Origin: Olsenella sp.
Lineage (GTDB): Bacteria > Actinomycetota > Coriobacteriia > Coriobacteriales > Atopobiaceae
Reading direction: 5' to 3'
NCBI GenBank assembly: GCA_036454645.1
Contig: JAZHSQ010000003.1
Location: 20,504-84,503, forward strand
Length of the DNA: 64,000 nucleotides
Positions 34,771 to 43,716 of this stretch are shown here, piece by piece. Under the pieces are notes generated by a model, which saw only the letters and a list, made by a program, of their open reading frames with translations, was not told the origin of the DNA and did no database searches. The translations under genes were made by a program, and so were the position numbers. Within the stretch, counting starts at the first letter, position 1, and each line of letters begins with the position of its first letter.

Positions 34771-36063
34771 ATGTCCACGCCCGAATCCTGCGGTCTGGGA
34801 ACCAAATGCGTCCAGGCGGGCTACGAGCCCGAGAACGGCGGCCCGCGCCAGGTCCCGATCGTCCAGTCCACGACCTTCAAGTACGACACGAGCGAGGACA
34901 TGGGCAGGCTCTTCGACCTCGAGGCGGAGGGCTACTTCTACTCGCGGCTGCAGAACCCCACCTGCGACCACGTGGCCGCCAAGATCTGCGCCCTGGAGGG
35001 CGGCACGGCCGGCATGCTGACCAGCTCCGGGCAGGCGGCCAACTTCTTCGCCCTCTTCAACGTCTGCCAGGCGGGCGACCACGTCGTGGCTTCGAGCTCC
35101 ATCTACGGCGGCACCTACAACCTGATCAAGGTGACCATGGCCAAGATGGGCATCGAGTCCACGTTCGTCTCGCCCGACGCCACCGACGACGAGCTCGACG
35201 CGGCCTTCAGGCCCAACACCAAGGTCATGTTCGGCGAGTCGATCGCCAACCCCGCGCTCACGGTGCTCGACATCGAGCGCTTCGCCCGCGCCGCCCACGC
35301 GCACGGCGTCCCGCTGATCGTGGACAACACCTTCCCCACGCCGATCAACCTGCGTCCCTTCGAGTGGGGCGCCGACATCGTGACGCACTCCACGACCAAG
35401 TACATGGACGGTCATGCCTCGGCGGTCGGCGGCGCGATCGTGGACTCCGGCAACTTCGACTGGATGGCGCACGCGGACAGGTTCCCCGGGCTGACCACGC
35501 CGGACGAGAGCTACCACGGCATCGTCTACGCAGAGAGGTTCGGGCAGGGCGGCGCCTTCATCACCAAGGCAACCTCCCAGCTCATGCGCGACTTCGGCTC
35601 CACGCAGTCGCCGCAGAGCGCCTACCTGCTCAACCTCGGGCTCGAGTCGCTCCACGTGCGCATGGCTCGCCACGTGGAGAACGGCCAGGCGGTCGCGGAG
35701 TTCCTCGAGGCGCACCCCAAGGTGGAGAAGGTCGCCTATCCCGGGCTTGCGAGCAGCCCCTACCACGAGCTCGCGCGCAGGCTCATGCCCAAGGGCGGCT
35801 GCGGCGTGGTCTCCTGCGAGCTCACCGGCGGGCGAGAGACGGCCTCGCGGTTCATGCGCGCGCTCAGGCTCGCCTCGATCGAGACGCACGTGGCGGACTC
35901 GCGCACCTGCTGCCTCAACCCGGCGAGCAGCACGCACCGGCAGATGAGCGACGAGGAGCTGGCGGCCGCGGGCGTGCCCGCCGGCCTGGTCAGGATCTCC
36001 TGCGGGCTCGAGGACAAGGAAGACATCATCGCCGACCTCGCGCAGGCGCTCGATGCCTGCTAG
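34771..36063 (+). CDS. metY: O-acetylhomoserine aminocarboxypropyltransferase
   Basis: YSRLQNPT, SSGQAA, YGGT, ESIANP, DNTF, HSTTKYMDGH, HVAD, STH. Confidence 0.93.
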   Translation: MSTPESCGLGTKCVQAGYEPENGGPRQVPIVQSTTFKYDTSEDMGRLFDLEAEGYFYSRLQNPTCDHVAAKICALEGGTAGMLTSSGQAANFFALFNVCQAGDHVVASSSIYGGTYNLIKVTMAKMGIESTFVSPDATDDELDAAFRPNTKVMFGESIANPALTVLDIERFARAAHAHGVPLIVDNTFPTPINLRPFEWGADIVTHSTTKYMDGHASAVGGAIVDSGNFDWMAHADRFPGLTTPDESYHGIVYAERFGQGGAFITKATSQLMRDFGSTQSPQSAYLLNLGLESLHVRMARHVENGQAVAEFLEAHPKVEKVAYPGLASSPYHELARRLMPKGGCGVVSCELTGGRETASRFMRALRLASIETHVADSRTCCLNPASSTHRQMSDEELAAAGVPAGLVRISCGLEDKEDIIADLAQALDAC

Positions 36064-36484
36064 CGCCGCGGGCGGGGCCGCGGGGTCCGGCGGTGCCGCG
36101 GGCCCGCGCGCAGACCTCGTGCGCGCCCGCGCCGAGCTCGAGCGCGCCGTGGTCGGCCTGGGGCTGCCCGCGGAGCTCGCCGGGGTCCTCGCCCGCGAGC
36201 TGCGCGGCGAGGGGTCCCTGCGCCGCATGAGCGCCTACCTGCGCGAGGTCCGTCCGACCCGGATGGAGGACATCGCCGACGAGCTGCTCGCCATCACCTT
36301 CGAGCGCGACGTCTGGAGCGAGCGGAAGGCGAGCGAGGAGTCCAACCACCGCTTCTACGAGATGCAGCGCGCGGGGATCCGCTCGGCCGACGTGGACGAC
36401 GAGCTCGAGGACGAGATGGACGCGCTCGAGCGGGACGACGCCGGCGACGGCGGCGACGGGACCGCGGGGGGCCTCGGGTACTGA
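36053..36484 (+). CDS. Hypothetical protein
   Basis: Overlaps metY stop; host-like codon usage; RRMSAYLREVRP..MEDIADELLAI. Confidence 0.75.
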   Translation: MPASAAGGAAGSGGAAGPRADLVRARAELERAVVGLGLPAELAGVLARELRGEGSLRRMSAYLREVRPTRMEDIADELLAITFERDVWSERKASEESNHRFYEMQRAGIRSADVDDELEDEMDALERDDAGDGGDGTAGGLGY

Positions 36485-36547
36485 GCGCGGGCGCGCGGCC
36501 GGCCGGCGCGCGTCCTCGGGCCGCGCGTCCTTCTCGCCTACCGGCGC

Positions 36548-37507
36548 CTAGGCGCCCGCCCCTTGCCTCGGCAGGGCGCGGGCGAGCACGCGGTCGTAGG
36601 TCGCGGCCAGGACCTGCTGGAACAGCGTGCCGATGACGACGGGGAACATGACCTCGGGCGGGAAGTAGTTGGCCGCGATGACGGCGCCCGCCGAGATGTT
36701 GCGCATGCCCGCGCCGAAGGTCATGGAGACGGTGACGTCGCGCGGCTGTCGCAGGAGGCGCGCTGCGATGAGGCCCCACAGGTACGCGGTCGCCGAGAAG
36801 AGCGCGATGAAGGCCATGACCGCGACGAGGACGGGCGTGAGTCCGCGCAGGTAGGGAGCGATGCCCGACGCGTTCGTCGTGATGATGGCGACCATGGCGA
36901 TGCGGGCGGCCGGGGCGAGCGGGGGCGCGAGGCGGCGCTTGGCGCTGCCGTGCGAGAGGTCGTTTGTGAGCGTGCCCACGACGACCGGGATGGCGACGGT
37001 CAGGAGCAGGTTCAGCATCATCGACGTGAGGTCCACCTGGATCGTCTGACCCATCAGGAGCTTCAGGGTGAGCGGCAGCGTGACAGGCGAGAGCAGCGAA
37101 CTCGCGAGGAGGATCACCAGGCTCAGGGCCTGGTTGCCGCCGCCGATGCCGCACCACATGACCGTCAGCGCGGCGACGGGGACGGAGTACTCGAGCAAGA
37201 TCCCGCAGACGATCTGCTGGTCGAACCCGAACAGCAGGCTTGCGAGGGCGAAGGCGAGCGCGGGCAGGGCGGCGATGGAGAGCGCGAGCGTCACCAGGAT
37301 GGGCAGCGGGCGGGCGAGCGCGTCCCTCGAGCTCCCGAGGGTGTTGGAGAGCGCGCCCTGGAAGGAGACGAACGCGAAGAGCGGCGTCACGGCCGGGTGC
37401 AGGAGCGAGACCTGGTCGGGGAAGAGGCAGGCCACCAGCACGCAGGCGGGCGAGATCCACATCATGTGGTGCCCGATGTAGTCCCCGATCGCACGCCAGG
37501 CCCCCAA
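36548..37507 (-). CDS. Bile acid:sodium symporter family transporter
   Basis: TTG 37507 after GGAGGAGG; multi-TM; GGGNQALS, LLSPVTLP, GMRNISAG. Confidence 0.88.
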   Translation of the reverse strand: MGAWRAIGDYIGHHMMWISPACVLVACLFPDQVSLLHPAVTPLFAFVSFQGALSNTLGSSRDALARPLPILVTLALSIAALPALAFALASLLFGFDQQIVCGILLEYSVPVAALTVMWCGIGGGNQALSLVILLASSLLSPVTLPLTLKLLMGQTIQVDLTSMMLNLLLTVAIPVVVGTLTNDLSHGSAKRRLAPPLAPAARIAMVAIITTNASGIAPYLRGLTPVLVAVMAFIALFSATAYLWGLIAARLLRQPRDVTVSMTFGAGMRNISAGAVIAANYFPPEVMFPVVIGTLFQQVLAATYDRVLARALPRQGAGA

Positions 37508-37647
37508 GGCCGCCTCCTCCAGGTTGATTGCGCCGCCATGGGTCCGGCGGGGCCGCTTCCACGATGCCACCTTAGCGCGTGGGCCGCGGTGCGCGGCTGT
37601 CGCGCTCGCATCGGACCACCCGTTGCAATAAACCTCTGATCGCGGGC

Positions 37648-37718
37648 TTCTCGGGACGCAGTGCGGGGCCGCGGGGCGCAGTGCGCGGGGTTCTCGGGAC
37701 GCAGTGCGGGGCCGCGGG
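37648..37718. repeat. 28-bp direct repeat, two copies
   Basis: TTCTCGGGACGCAGTGCGGGGCCGCGGG at 37648 and 37691. Confidence 0.8.
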
Positions 37719-37970
37719 CCCCGTAATTACGCACGGGTGAGAAAAAACATAAAAATAAAAACAAATGAGCTGGGCTTTTGTGGAAGTGCGTTTCAGCCGT
37801 GCGTAACTCGTACCCCCGCGGCGGCCCCCTGCGCCCCCCGCGGCTCCGTCGCAGCGCCCAGCGCGAGGATTTCCCGGTCGCGGACGCCTTCCCCTCCGAC
37901 GTGCAATAGACTTGGTCGCAGGACGAGGGCGGCGCGGCGCCGTCCCGCCATGTGTGAGGAGGGGAGGGCG

Positions 37971-38696
37971 ATGTCGGAGAGGTACCAGCCCGCCGCGGCG
38001 GGGGAGTGCGTGGGCGAGGGCCTCTGGCTCGTGCGGCGCGAGTCCGGCCTCGCCCTCGTGAGCGATGACGGCCTCGAGCTCACGGGTGACTTCTCCGCCA
38101 TGCGCAGGCGCCTGCGTCCTCAGAACCTGGCCCACGAGCTTCTCGTCCGCGCGGCGAGGGTCAAGGGCGTCGCGCACCCGACCGTCTTCGACGCCACGGC
38201 CGGCCTGGGGGAGGACTCCTTCCTGCTGGCCTCCGCGGGCTTCTCGGTCACCCTCTGCGAGCGCGACCCCGTGATTGCCGCGCTCCTGGCCGACGCGCTC
38301 GAGCGCGCCGCCGCGGACCCGGGCCTCGCGCAGGCCGCCTCGCGCATGCGCCTCGTCCGCGCCGACAGCGTGGCCGAGCTCGCGACGCTCGAGCAGGCAC
38401 CTGACGTGGTCTTTCTCGATCCGATGTTCCCCGGCAGGCAGAAGAGCGCGCTCGTGAAGAAGAAGCTGCAGCTCCTGCAGCGCCTGGAGCGGCCGTGCCC
38501 CGACGAGGCCGGGCTCATGGGCGCCGCGCTGGCCGCGCGCCCGCGCAAGGTCGTGGTCAAGCGGCCGGCCAAGGGCCCGTGGCTCGCGGGCGTGAGGCCT
38601 AGCTACTCGCTGGCCGGAAAGGCCGTGCGCTACGACTGCGTCGTGCCGGCGTCTTGCGGTGACCTCGCGCAGGCGGAGAAGGACCCGCGCTCGTAG
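37971..38696 (+). CDS. rsmJ: 16S rRNA m2G1516 methyltransferase RsmJ-like
   Basis: VFDATAGLGEDSF, ERDPVIAALL, VFLDPMFP, KVVVKRP, GKAVRYD. Confidence 0.85.
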   Translation: MSERYQPAAAGECVGEGLWLVRRESGLALVSDDGLELTGDFSAMRRRLRPQNLAHELLVRAARVKGVAHPTVFDATAGLGEDSFLLASAGFSVTLCERDPVIAALLADALERAAADPGLAQAASRMRLVRADSVAELATLEQAPDVVFLDPMFPGRQKSALVKKKLQLLQRLERPCPDEAGLMGAALAARPRKVVVKRPAKGPWLAGVRPSYSLAGKAVRYDCVVPASCGDLAQAEKDPRS

Positions 38697-38745
38697 CGGC
38701 GTCCGTGCGGTCACTGCGAATTCCTCGCAGGACGCTGGTCGCCCA

Positions 38746-38803
38746 TTGACAGTGGGCTTGCAGGCCCTTATCCTTTATCGCAACGTATGAACAGATGCTC
38801 ATA
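38746..38803 (+). promoter_or_regulatory. Sigma70 promoter plus ArsR/SmtB-type operator of cadA
   Basis: TTGACA(38746)-17-TATCCT(38769); palindrome TATGAACAGATGCTCATA 38786-38803. Confidence 0.8.
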
Positions 38804-38892
38804 AGATCACCAATGAGACCAGGGGGCCGCCCGGACCCGCCCGGGACACCCGGACCCGCGGAGGTCGCCCGCAAGCCAGAAGGAGAGGCGCC

Positions 38893-40821
38893 ATGGAAGA
38901 GGAAGAGAACCGGACGAAGCTCGCGCGCATCGTCGCGTCGGCCGTGCTGCTCGTGGTCGCCGTCGTCGTCCAGCGCACGGTCGAGCTGCCCATGTGGGGC
39001 TACCTGCTCGCCTACCTCGTGCCCTACCTCGTCGCCGGCTACGACGTGCTCGCCGAGGCGTGGGAGGGCGTCCGCGAGGGCGACCCGTTCGACGAGGACT
39101 TCCTGATGGCGATCGCCACCATCGGCGCCCTCGCGATCGGCTTTCTGCCCGGGTCGGACCCGGAGTTCGCCGAGGCCGTCTTCGTGATGCTCTTCTTCCA
39201 GGTCGGCGAGCTCTTCGAGGACATCGCCGAGGACCGGAGCGAGCGCTCCATCTCGCACCTCATGGACATCCGTCCCGACGTCGCGACCGTCGTGCGCGAC
39301 GGGGCGGAGAAGGTCGTCAGCCCCGCGGACGTCCGGGTGGGCGAGACCATCGTGGTCAGGCCCGGCGAGCGCGTGCCGCTCGACGGCGTGGTGCTCGAGG
39401 GCGAGACGAGCCTCGACACCATGGCGCTCACGGGCGAGTCCATGCCGCGCCCGGCCGGCGTCGGCGACGAGCTGCTCTCCGGCTGCGTCAACGTCTCCGG
39501 CGTGGTCCGGGCGCGCGTGACCAAGTCGTTCGGCGAATCGACCGCCTCCAAGGTGCTCGACCTCGTGGAGAACGCCAGCGAGAGCAAGTCGCGCTCCGAG
39601 GCCTTCATCACGCGCTTCGCCCGCGTCTACACGCCGGTGGTCGTCTTCGCCGCCGTGGCCACGGCGCTCGTCCCGCCCCTGGTCTCGGGTGACTTCGCGG
39701 CGAGCTTCCCCACGTGGCTCGCCCGCGCGCTGACCTTCCTCGTGGTCTCGTGCCCCTGCGCGCTCGTGATCAGCGTGCCCCTCACGTTCTTCGGCGGCCT
39801 CGGCGGCGCCTCCCGCCGCGGCATCCTGGTCAAGGGCTCCAACTACCTCGAGGCCCTCGCGAAGGCCGGCGTGGTCGTGTTCGACAAGACCGGCACGCTC
39901 ACCAAGGGCGAGTTCGAGGTCGTCTCCGTCGTGAGCGCCGCGCAGGCGGGCGAGAAGGACGTCGCGCCAGCAACCGCCGCGCCCGCCGGCGCCAGCGACG
40001 AGCTCCTCCACTTCGCCGCCCACGTCGAGAGCTTCTCGAACCACCCGATCGCGACGGCGCTGCGCGAGGCCTTCTCCTGCCTCGACGACGGCTGCGAGGT
40101 CGCAGACGTGCACGAGGTCGCCGGCAAGGGCATCGTAGGGACCGTGAACGGGCACGTCGTGGCCGTGGGCAACGAGCTCCTGATGCAGGAGCGCGGCGTC
40201 GCGTGCGCCAGCGCGCACGAGCGCGGCACCATCGTCCATGTCGCCTCCGACGACGCCTACCTCGGCTACGTCGTGATCGCCGACGAGCCCAAGCCCGACG
40301 CCAGGAAGGCCGTCGCCGACATCAAGGCCGAGGGGGTCCGCCGCACGGTCATGCTGACGGGCGACCGCGCCCCCGTCGCCGAGTCGGTCGCCTCCGAGCT
40401 CGGCATCGACGAGGTGCACGCCGAACTTCTCCCCCAGGACAAGGTCTCCGAGGTCGAACGCCTCATCTCCGAGAAGGGCGAGGGCGAGACGCTCGCCTTC
40501 GTCGGTGACGGCATCAACGACGCGCCGGTGCTGGCCCGCGCCGACATCGGCATCGCGATGGGTGCGCTCGGCTCCGACGCCGCCATCGACGCCGCGGACG
40601 TGGTGCTCATGGACGACGAGCCCTCCAAGATCGCCGTCGCGATCCGCGTCGCCCGCTGCACCCTGCGCATCGCGCGACAGAACACGGTCTTCGCGATCGC
40701 GGTCAAGGTGGCCGTCCTCGTGCTCGCCTTCTTCGGACTCGCGTCGATGTGGCTCGCCGTCTTCGCCGACGTGGGCGTGATGGTGCTCGCAGTGCTGAAC
40801 GCCACCCGCGCCCTCAGGTAG
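38893..40821 (+). CDS. cadA: Heavy metal (Cd/Zn/Co) P1B-type ATPase
   Basis: LTGES, SCPCAL, DKTGT, HP, MLTGD, GDGINDAP, FADVG; no N-terminal HMA domain. Confidence 0.95.
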   Translation: MEEEENRTKLARIVASAVLLVVAVVVQRTVELPMWGYLLAYLVPYLVAGYDVLAEAWEGVREGDPFDEDFLMAIATIGALAIGFLPGSDPEFAEAVFVMLFFQVGELFEDIAEDRSERSISHLMDIRPDVATVVRDGAEKVVSPADVRVGETIVVRPGERVPLDGVVLEGETSLDTMALTGESMPRPAGVGDELLSGCVNVSGVVRARVTKSFGESTASKVLDLVENASESKSRSEAFITRFARVYTPVVVFAAVATALVPPLVSGDFAASFPTWLARALTFLVVSCPCALVISVPLTFFGGLGGASRRGILVKGSNYLEALAKAGVVVFDKTGTLTKGEFEVVSVVSAAQAGEKDVAPATAAPAGASDELLHFAAHVESFSNHPIATALREAFSCLDDGCEVADVHEVAGKGIVGTVNGHVVAVGNELLMQERGVACASAHERGTIVHVASDDAYLGYVVIADEPKPDARKAVADIKAEGVRRTVMLTGDRAPVAESVASELGIDEVHAELLPQDKVSEVERLISEKGEGETLAFVGDGINDAPVLARADIGIAMGALGSDAAIDAADVVLMDDEPSKIAVAIRVARCTLRIARQNTVFAIAVKVAVLVLAFFGLASMWLAVFADVGVMVLAVLNATRALR

Positions 40822-40928
40822 CGCGGCTGCGCGGCTGCGGCTCGCATGGGGCGGGGCCCATGCGCGCTCGAGCGGGCCGAGGTGGCGCAGGGACTGCCGG
40901 GGCCGTACCATAGGAAGGAAGTGTCGAA

Positions 40929-40956
40929 GGGGCGCGCCGACAGGCGCGCCTCGTTT
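40929..40956 (+). terminator. Terminator after cadA
   Basis: GGCGCGCC-GACA-GGCGCGCC followed by TCGTTT. Confidence 0.6.
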
Positions 40957-41126
40957 GTGGTGAGGGCCGCGCGCCTGGAAGCTTGCGGTGAGGGCTTGCC
41001 CTGGGTGGCGGCGCGTGCCGGGTGAGGGCCGCGCGCCTGGCCGCATGCAACCGCGCGCCTGCGGACCGCGAGGTCCTTGTCGCACCCAAGCCACGAGAGG
41101 TTCGTCCACGAGAGAAGGGAACTGGC

Positions 41127-42929
41127 ATGTCAGACGCCGTCAAGACCTACGCGAGCAGGGACGAGATCCCCGACGAGTACAAGTGGGACCTCTCGTCGCT
41201 CTTCGCGAGCGACGAGGAGTTCTCCTCCGCCCTCAAGGCGGCGGAGTCGCTGGTGGGGGAGTACGCCTCCTGGGAGGGGAGGGCCTGCTCCACGGGCGAG
41301 GACCTTCTCGCCTACCTGCGCTTCGACGATGACGCGACCCTCGCGCTGGAGCGGCTGGCCTGCTACGCCGGCCGCCGCGCCGACGAGGACGCCCGCGTCA
41401 GCAGGTACCAGGACATGCAGGCGCAGGTGACGTCTCTGCTCACGCGCGTGGAGTCGGCCTCCGCGTGGTTCTCGCCCGCAATCCTCGCCCTGCCCGACGA
41501 GCGGCTCGACGGCTGGTACGCCTCCGTCGACGGCCTCGCGCTCTACAAGCTCGCGCTCGACCGCGTCCGCGCCCTGCGCGACCACACCCTCGCGCCGGAG
41601 GAGGAGGCCCTTCTCGCCCAGGCGGGCGAGATGGCGGCCCAGCCGGGCCTGGCGTTCACCATGCTCAACAACGCCGACCTCACCTTCCCGGACGCGACCG
41701 ACTCCGCGGGCGAGAAGCACCCGGTGACCCACGGCAGCTTCGTCGCGCTCGAGCGCTCGGGCGACCGCGCGCTGCGCGAGAGCGCCTACCACAGCGTCTA
41801 CGGCACCTACGGGCGCGTGCGCAACACCTCCGCGGCGCTGCTCGCCGCGCAGATGCGCCAGCTCGCGTTCTTCTCCCGCGCACGGCACTACGCCTCGTCG
41901 CTCGAGGCGTCGCTCGCCCCGACGGAGGTGCCGGTCGAGGTCTACGAGAACCTCATCGCCTCGGTGCACCGCAACTTCGCCCCGATGCACCGCTACCTCG
42001 ACCTGCGCCGCCGCGTGCTCGGGCTGGACAGGCTGCGCTACTGGGACATCTACGTGCCCATCGTCGAGGCGCCCGAGGAGTCCTACACCTTCGAGGAGGC
42101 CGGCGAGCTCGTGCTCGAGGCGCTGGCGCCGCTGGGCGAGGAGTACACGGACGTCGTGCGCCACGCGCTCGGCGACCGCTGGATCGACGTCTTCGAGACG
42201 CCGGGCAAGATGAGCGGCGCATACTCGGCCGACGGCCACGGCATGAAGCCGTTCATCCTCCTCAACTTCCAGGGCGAGCTGGACGACGTCTTCACCCTGG
42301 CGCACGAGATGGGCCACTCCATGCAGACGTGGCTCTCCAACAAGGCGCAGCCCGGGCGCTACGCGGAGTACCCCATGTTCGTCGCAGAGGTGGCGTCGAC
42401 CACCAACGAGTGCCTGCTGCTGCGCTACCTCATCGAGCGCTCACCCAAGGAGCGGCGCGCCTACCTGGTGAACCACTTCTGCGAGCAGTTCCGCACCACG
42501 CTGTACCGCCAGACGATGTTCGCCGAGTTCGAGCGCGACGCCAACGCGGCCTGTGCGGCGGGCGAGGGCGTGGGCGCCGAGGCGCTCTCCGAGCGCTACC
42601 GCGCGCTCAACGACGCCTACTACGGGCCCGCGATCGAGTCCGACGACGAGATCGCGCTCGAGTGGGCGCGCATCCCGCACTTCTACTACGACTACTACGT
42701 CTACGTGTACGCGACGAGCTTCGCCGCGGCGGTCGCGCTCTCCGACCGCATCCTGCGCGAGGGCAAGCCGGCCGTCGACGACTACCTGGGCTTCCTCTCG
42801 GGCGGCTGCTCCAAGACGCCGATCGAGCTGCTGCGCGGCGCCGGGGTGGACATGGCCTCGGGCGACGTGGTCGACGCGGCGCTGGCCCAGTTCTCGAAGC
42901 TGGTGGACGAGCTGGAGGGGCTGCTGTAG
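41127..42929 (+). CDS. pepF: Oligoendopeptidase F (M3B)
   Basis: YKWDLS, WIDVFE, GKMSGAYS, TLAHEMGHS, FVAEVAST, RQTMFAEFE, WARIPHFY. Confidence 0.96.
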   Translation: MSDAVKTYASRDEIPDEYKWDLSSLFASDEEFSSALKAAESLVGEYASWEGRACSTGEDLLAYLRFDDDATLALERLACYAGRRADEDARVSRYQDMQAQVTSLLTRVESASAWFSPAILALPDERLDGWYASVDGLALYKLALDRVRALRDHTLAPEEEALLAQAGEMAAQPGLAFTMLNNADLTFPDATDSAGEKHPVTHGSFVALERSGDRALRESAYHSVYGTYGRVRNTSAALLAAQMRQLAFFSRARHYASSLEASLAPTEVPVEVYENLIASVHRNFAPMHRYLDLRRRVLGLDRLRYWDIYVPIVEAPEESYTFEEAGELVLEALAPLGEEYTDVVRHALGDRWIDVFETPGKMSGAYSADGHGMKPFILLNFQGELDDVFTLAHEMGHSMQTWLSNKAQPGRYAEYPMFVAEVASTTNECLLLRYLIERSPKERRAYLVNHFCEQFRTTLYRQTMFAEFERDANAACAAGEGVGAEALSERYRALNDAYYGPAIESDDEIALEWARIPHFYYDYYVYVYATSFAAAVALSDRILREGKPAVDDYLGFLSGGCSKTPIELLRGAGVDMASGDVVDAALAQFSKLVDELEGLL

Positions 42930-42984
42930 GGCTGCGGCGGTGCCCGGCGCCGCTGCGGGCCCGGTGACGCTGCGGGCGCGGCGC

Positions 42985-43716
42985 GGCAGTCCTACGTGCC
43001 GGGCTGTGCATTTTTCCGAGTCGGGGACGGATTGTGACTCGTCCGGGGACGGTATTCACCCTTCGGATCACGTTTGCCCAGGATTGCACGGGACGCCCGA
43101 CCTGGTCGGGCCGGCTCCGCCCGTGAACCCGCGCGGAGTCGGCCCGCGACCCGTCCATAAGTCGCGAAGATGCACGGGTTCGTTCTGAGAACTGTGCCGA
43201 GGCCCCGCTATGGCCTCTTTCGAACAGGGGGCGCCTGGGCCCGGCTCGTGCCGGACCCGGGCGTCCCGTTATCTCATAGGTTGGCGGCGGCTACCTTCCG
43301 TCCGTCGGGGTGTCCGCGCCCGGCGACGCAACTTTTTCGTACCGTTTTGTGCATTTCGACAGGCTATGGACGGTTCATGACGCGTCAAGTGGGCGACCGC
43401 CAATCGCTGAGCCGCATTTGCCCAGGATTGCGGGAGCCATCTAGCGTCGAGAGGCCGCTCACATCGGCGAATCCGCGCGGGACCGGCCGGTGACTCGTCC
43501 ACAAATTGCTGAAATGCACAATCTCGTTCCGAGAATTGCGACGCGGTCCCCCAGACGTCCCCCGGGCGCCCGCCCGAGCATGCGGCCGTCAGAATATGGG
43601 GGCGCCCGGATCCGGCTCGTGCCGGACCCGGGCGCCTCGTTCGTGGTACCTGCGATGAGACTGGCGAGTCAGCGCCCGTGGCCTCCACAGGTCTCCGTTG
43701 GCAACTACCTTCCGTC
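42985..43716. repeat. Two degenerate copies of a palindromic (MITE/REP-like) intergenic element
   Basis: Shared blocks GTGCATTT, TTTGCCCAGGATTGC, ATGCAC..CGTTCYGAGAA, CCGGCTCGTGCCGGACCCGGGCG, CTACCTTCCGTC in the same order in both units; ~50-bp imperfect inverted ends. Confidence 0.75.

Noticed and set aside
1110-36484. Sec read-through at other TGA stops (grdX, selA, LOG, histidine kinase, 36484 ORF)
   Set aside because: Each TGA is at the expected family C-terminus or abuts the next gene, and none aligns with a conserved Cys.
37648-37718. Possible mini-CRISPR (28-bp repeats)
   Set aside because: Only two copies, a 15-nt spacer that resembles the repeat, and no cas genes.
40959-41041. Three GGTGAGGGC-containing repeats before pepF
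   Set aside because: Short GC-rich local duplication with no supportable function.
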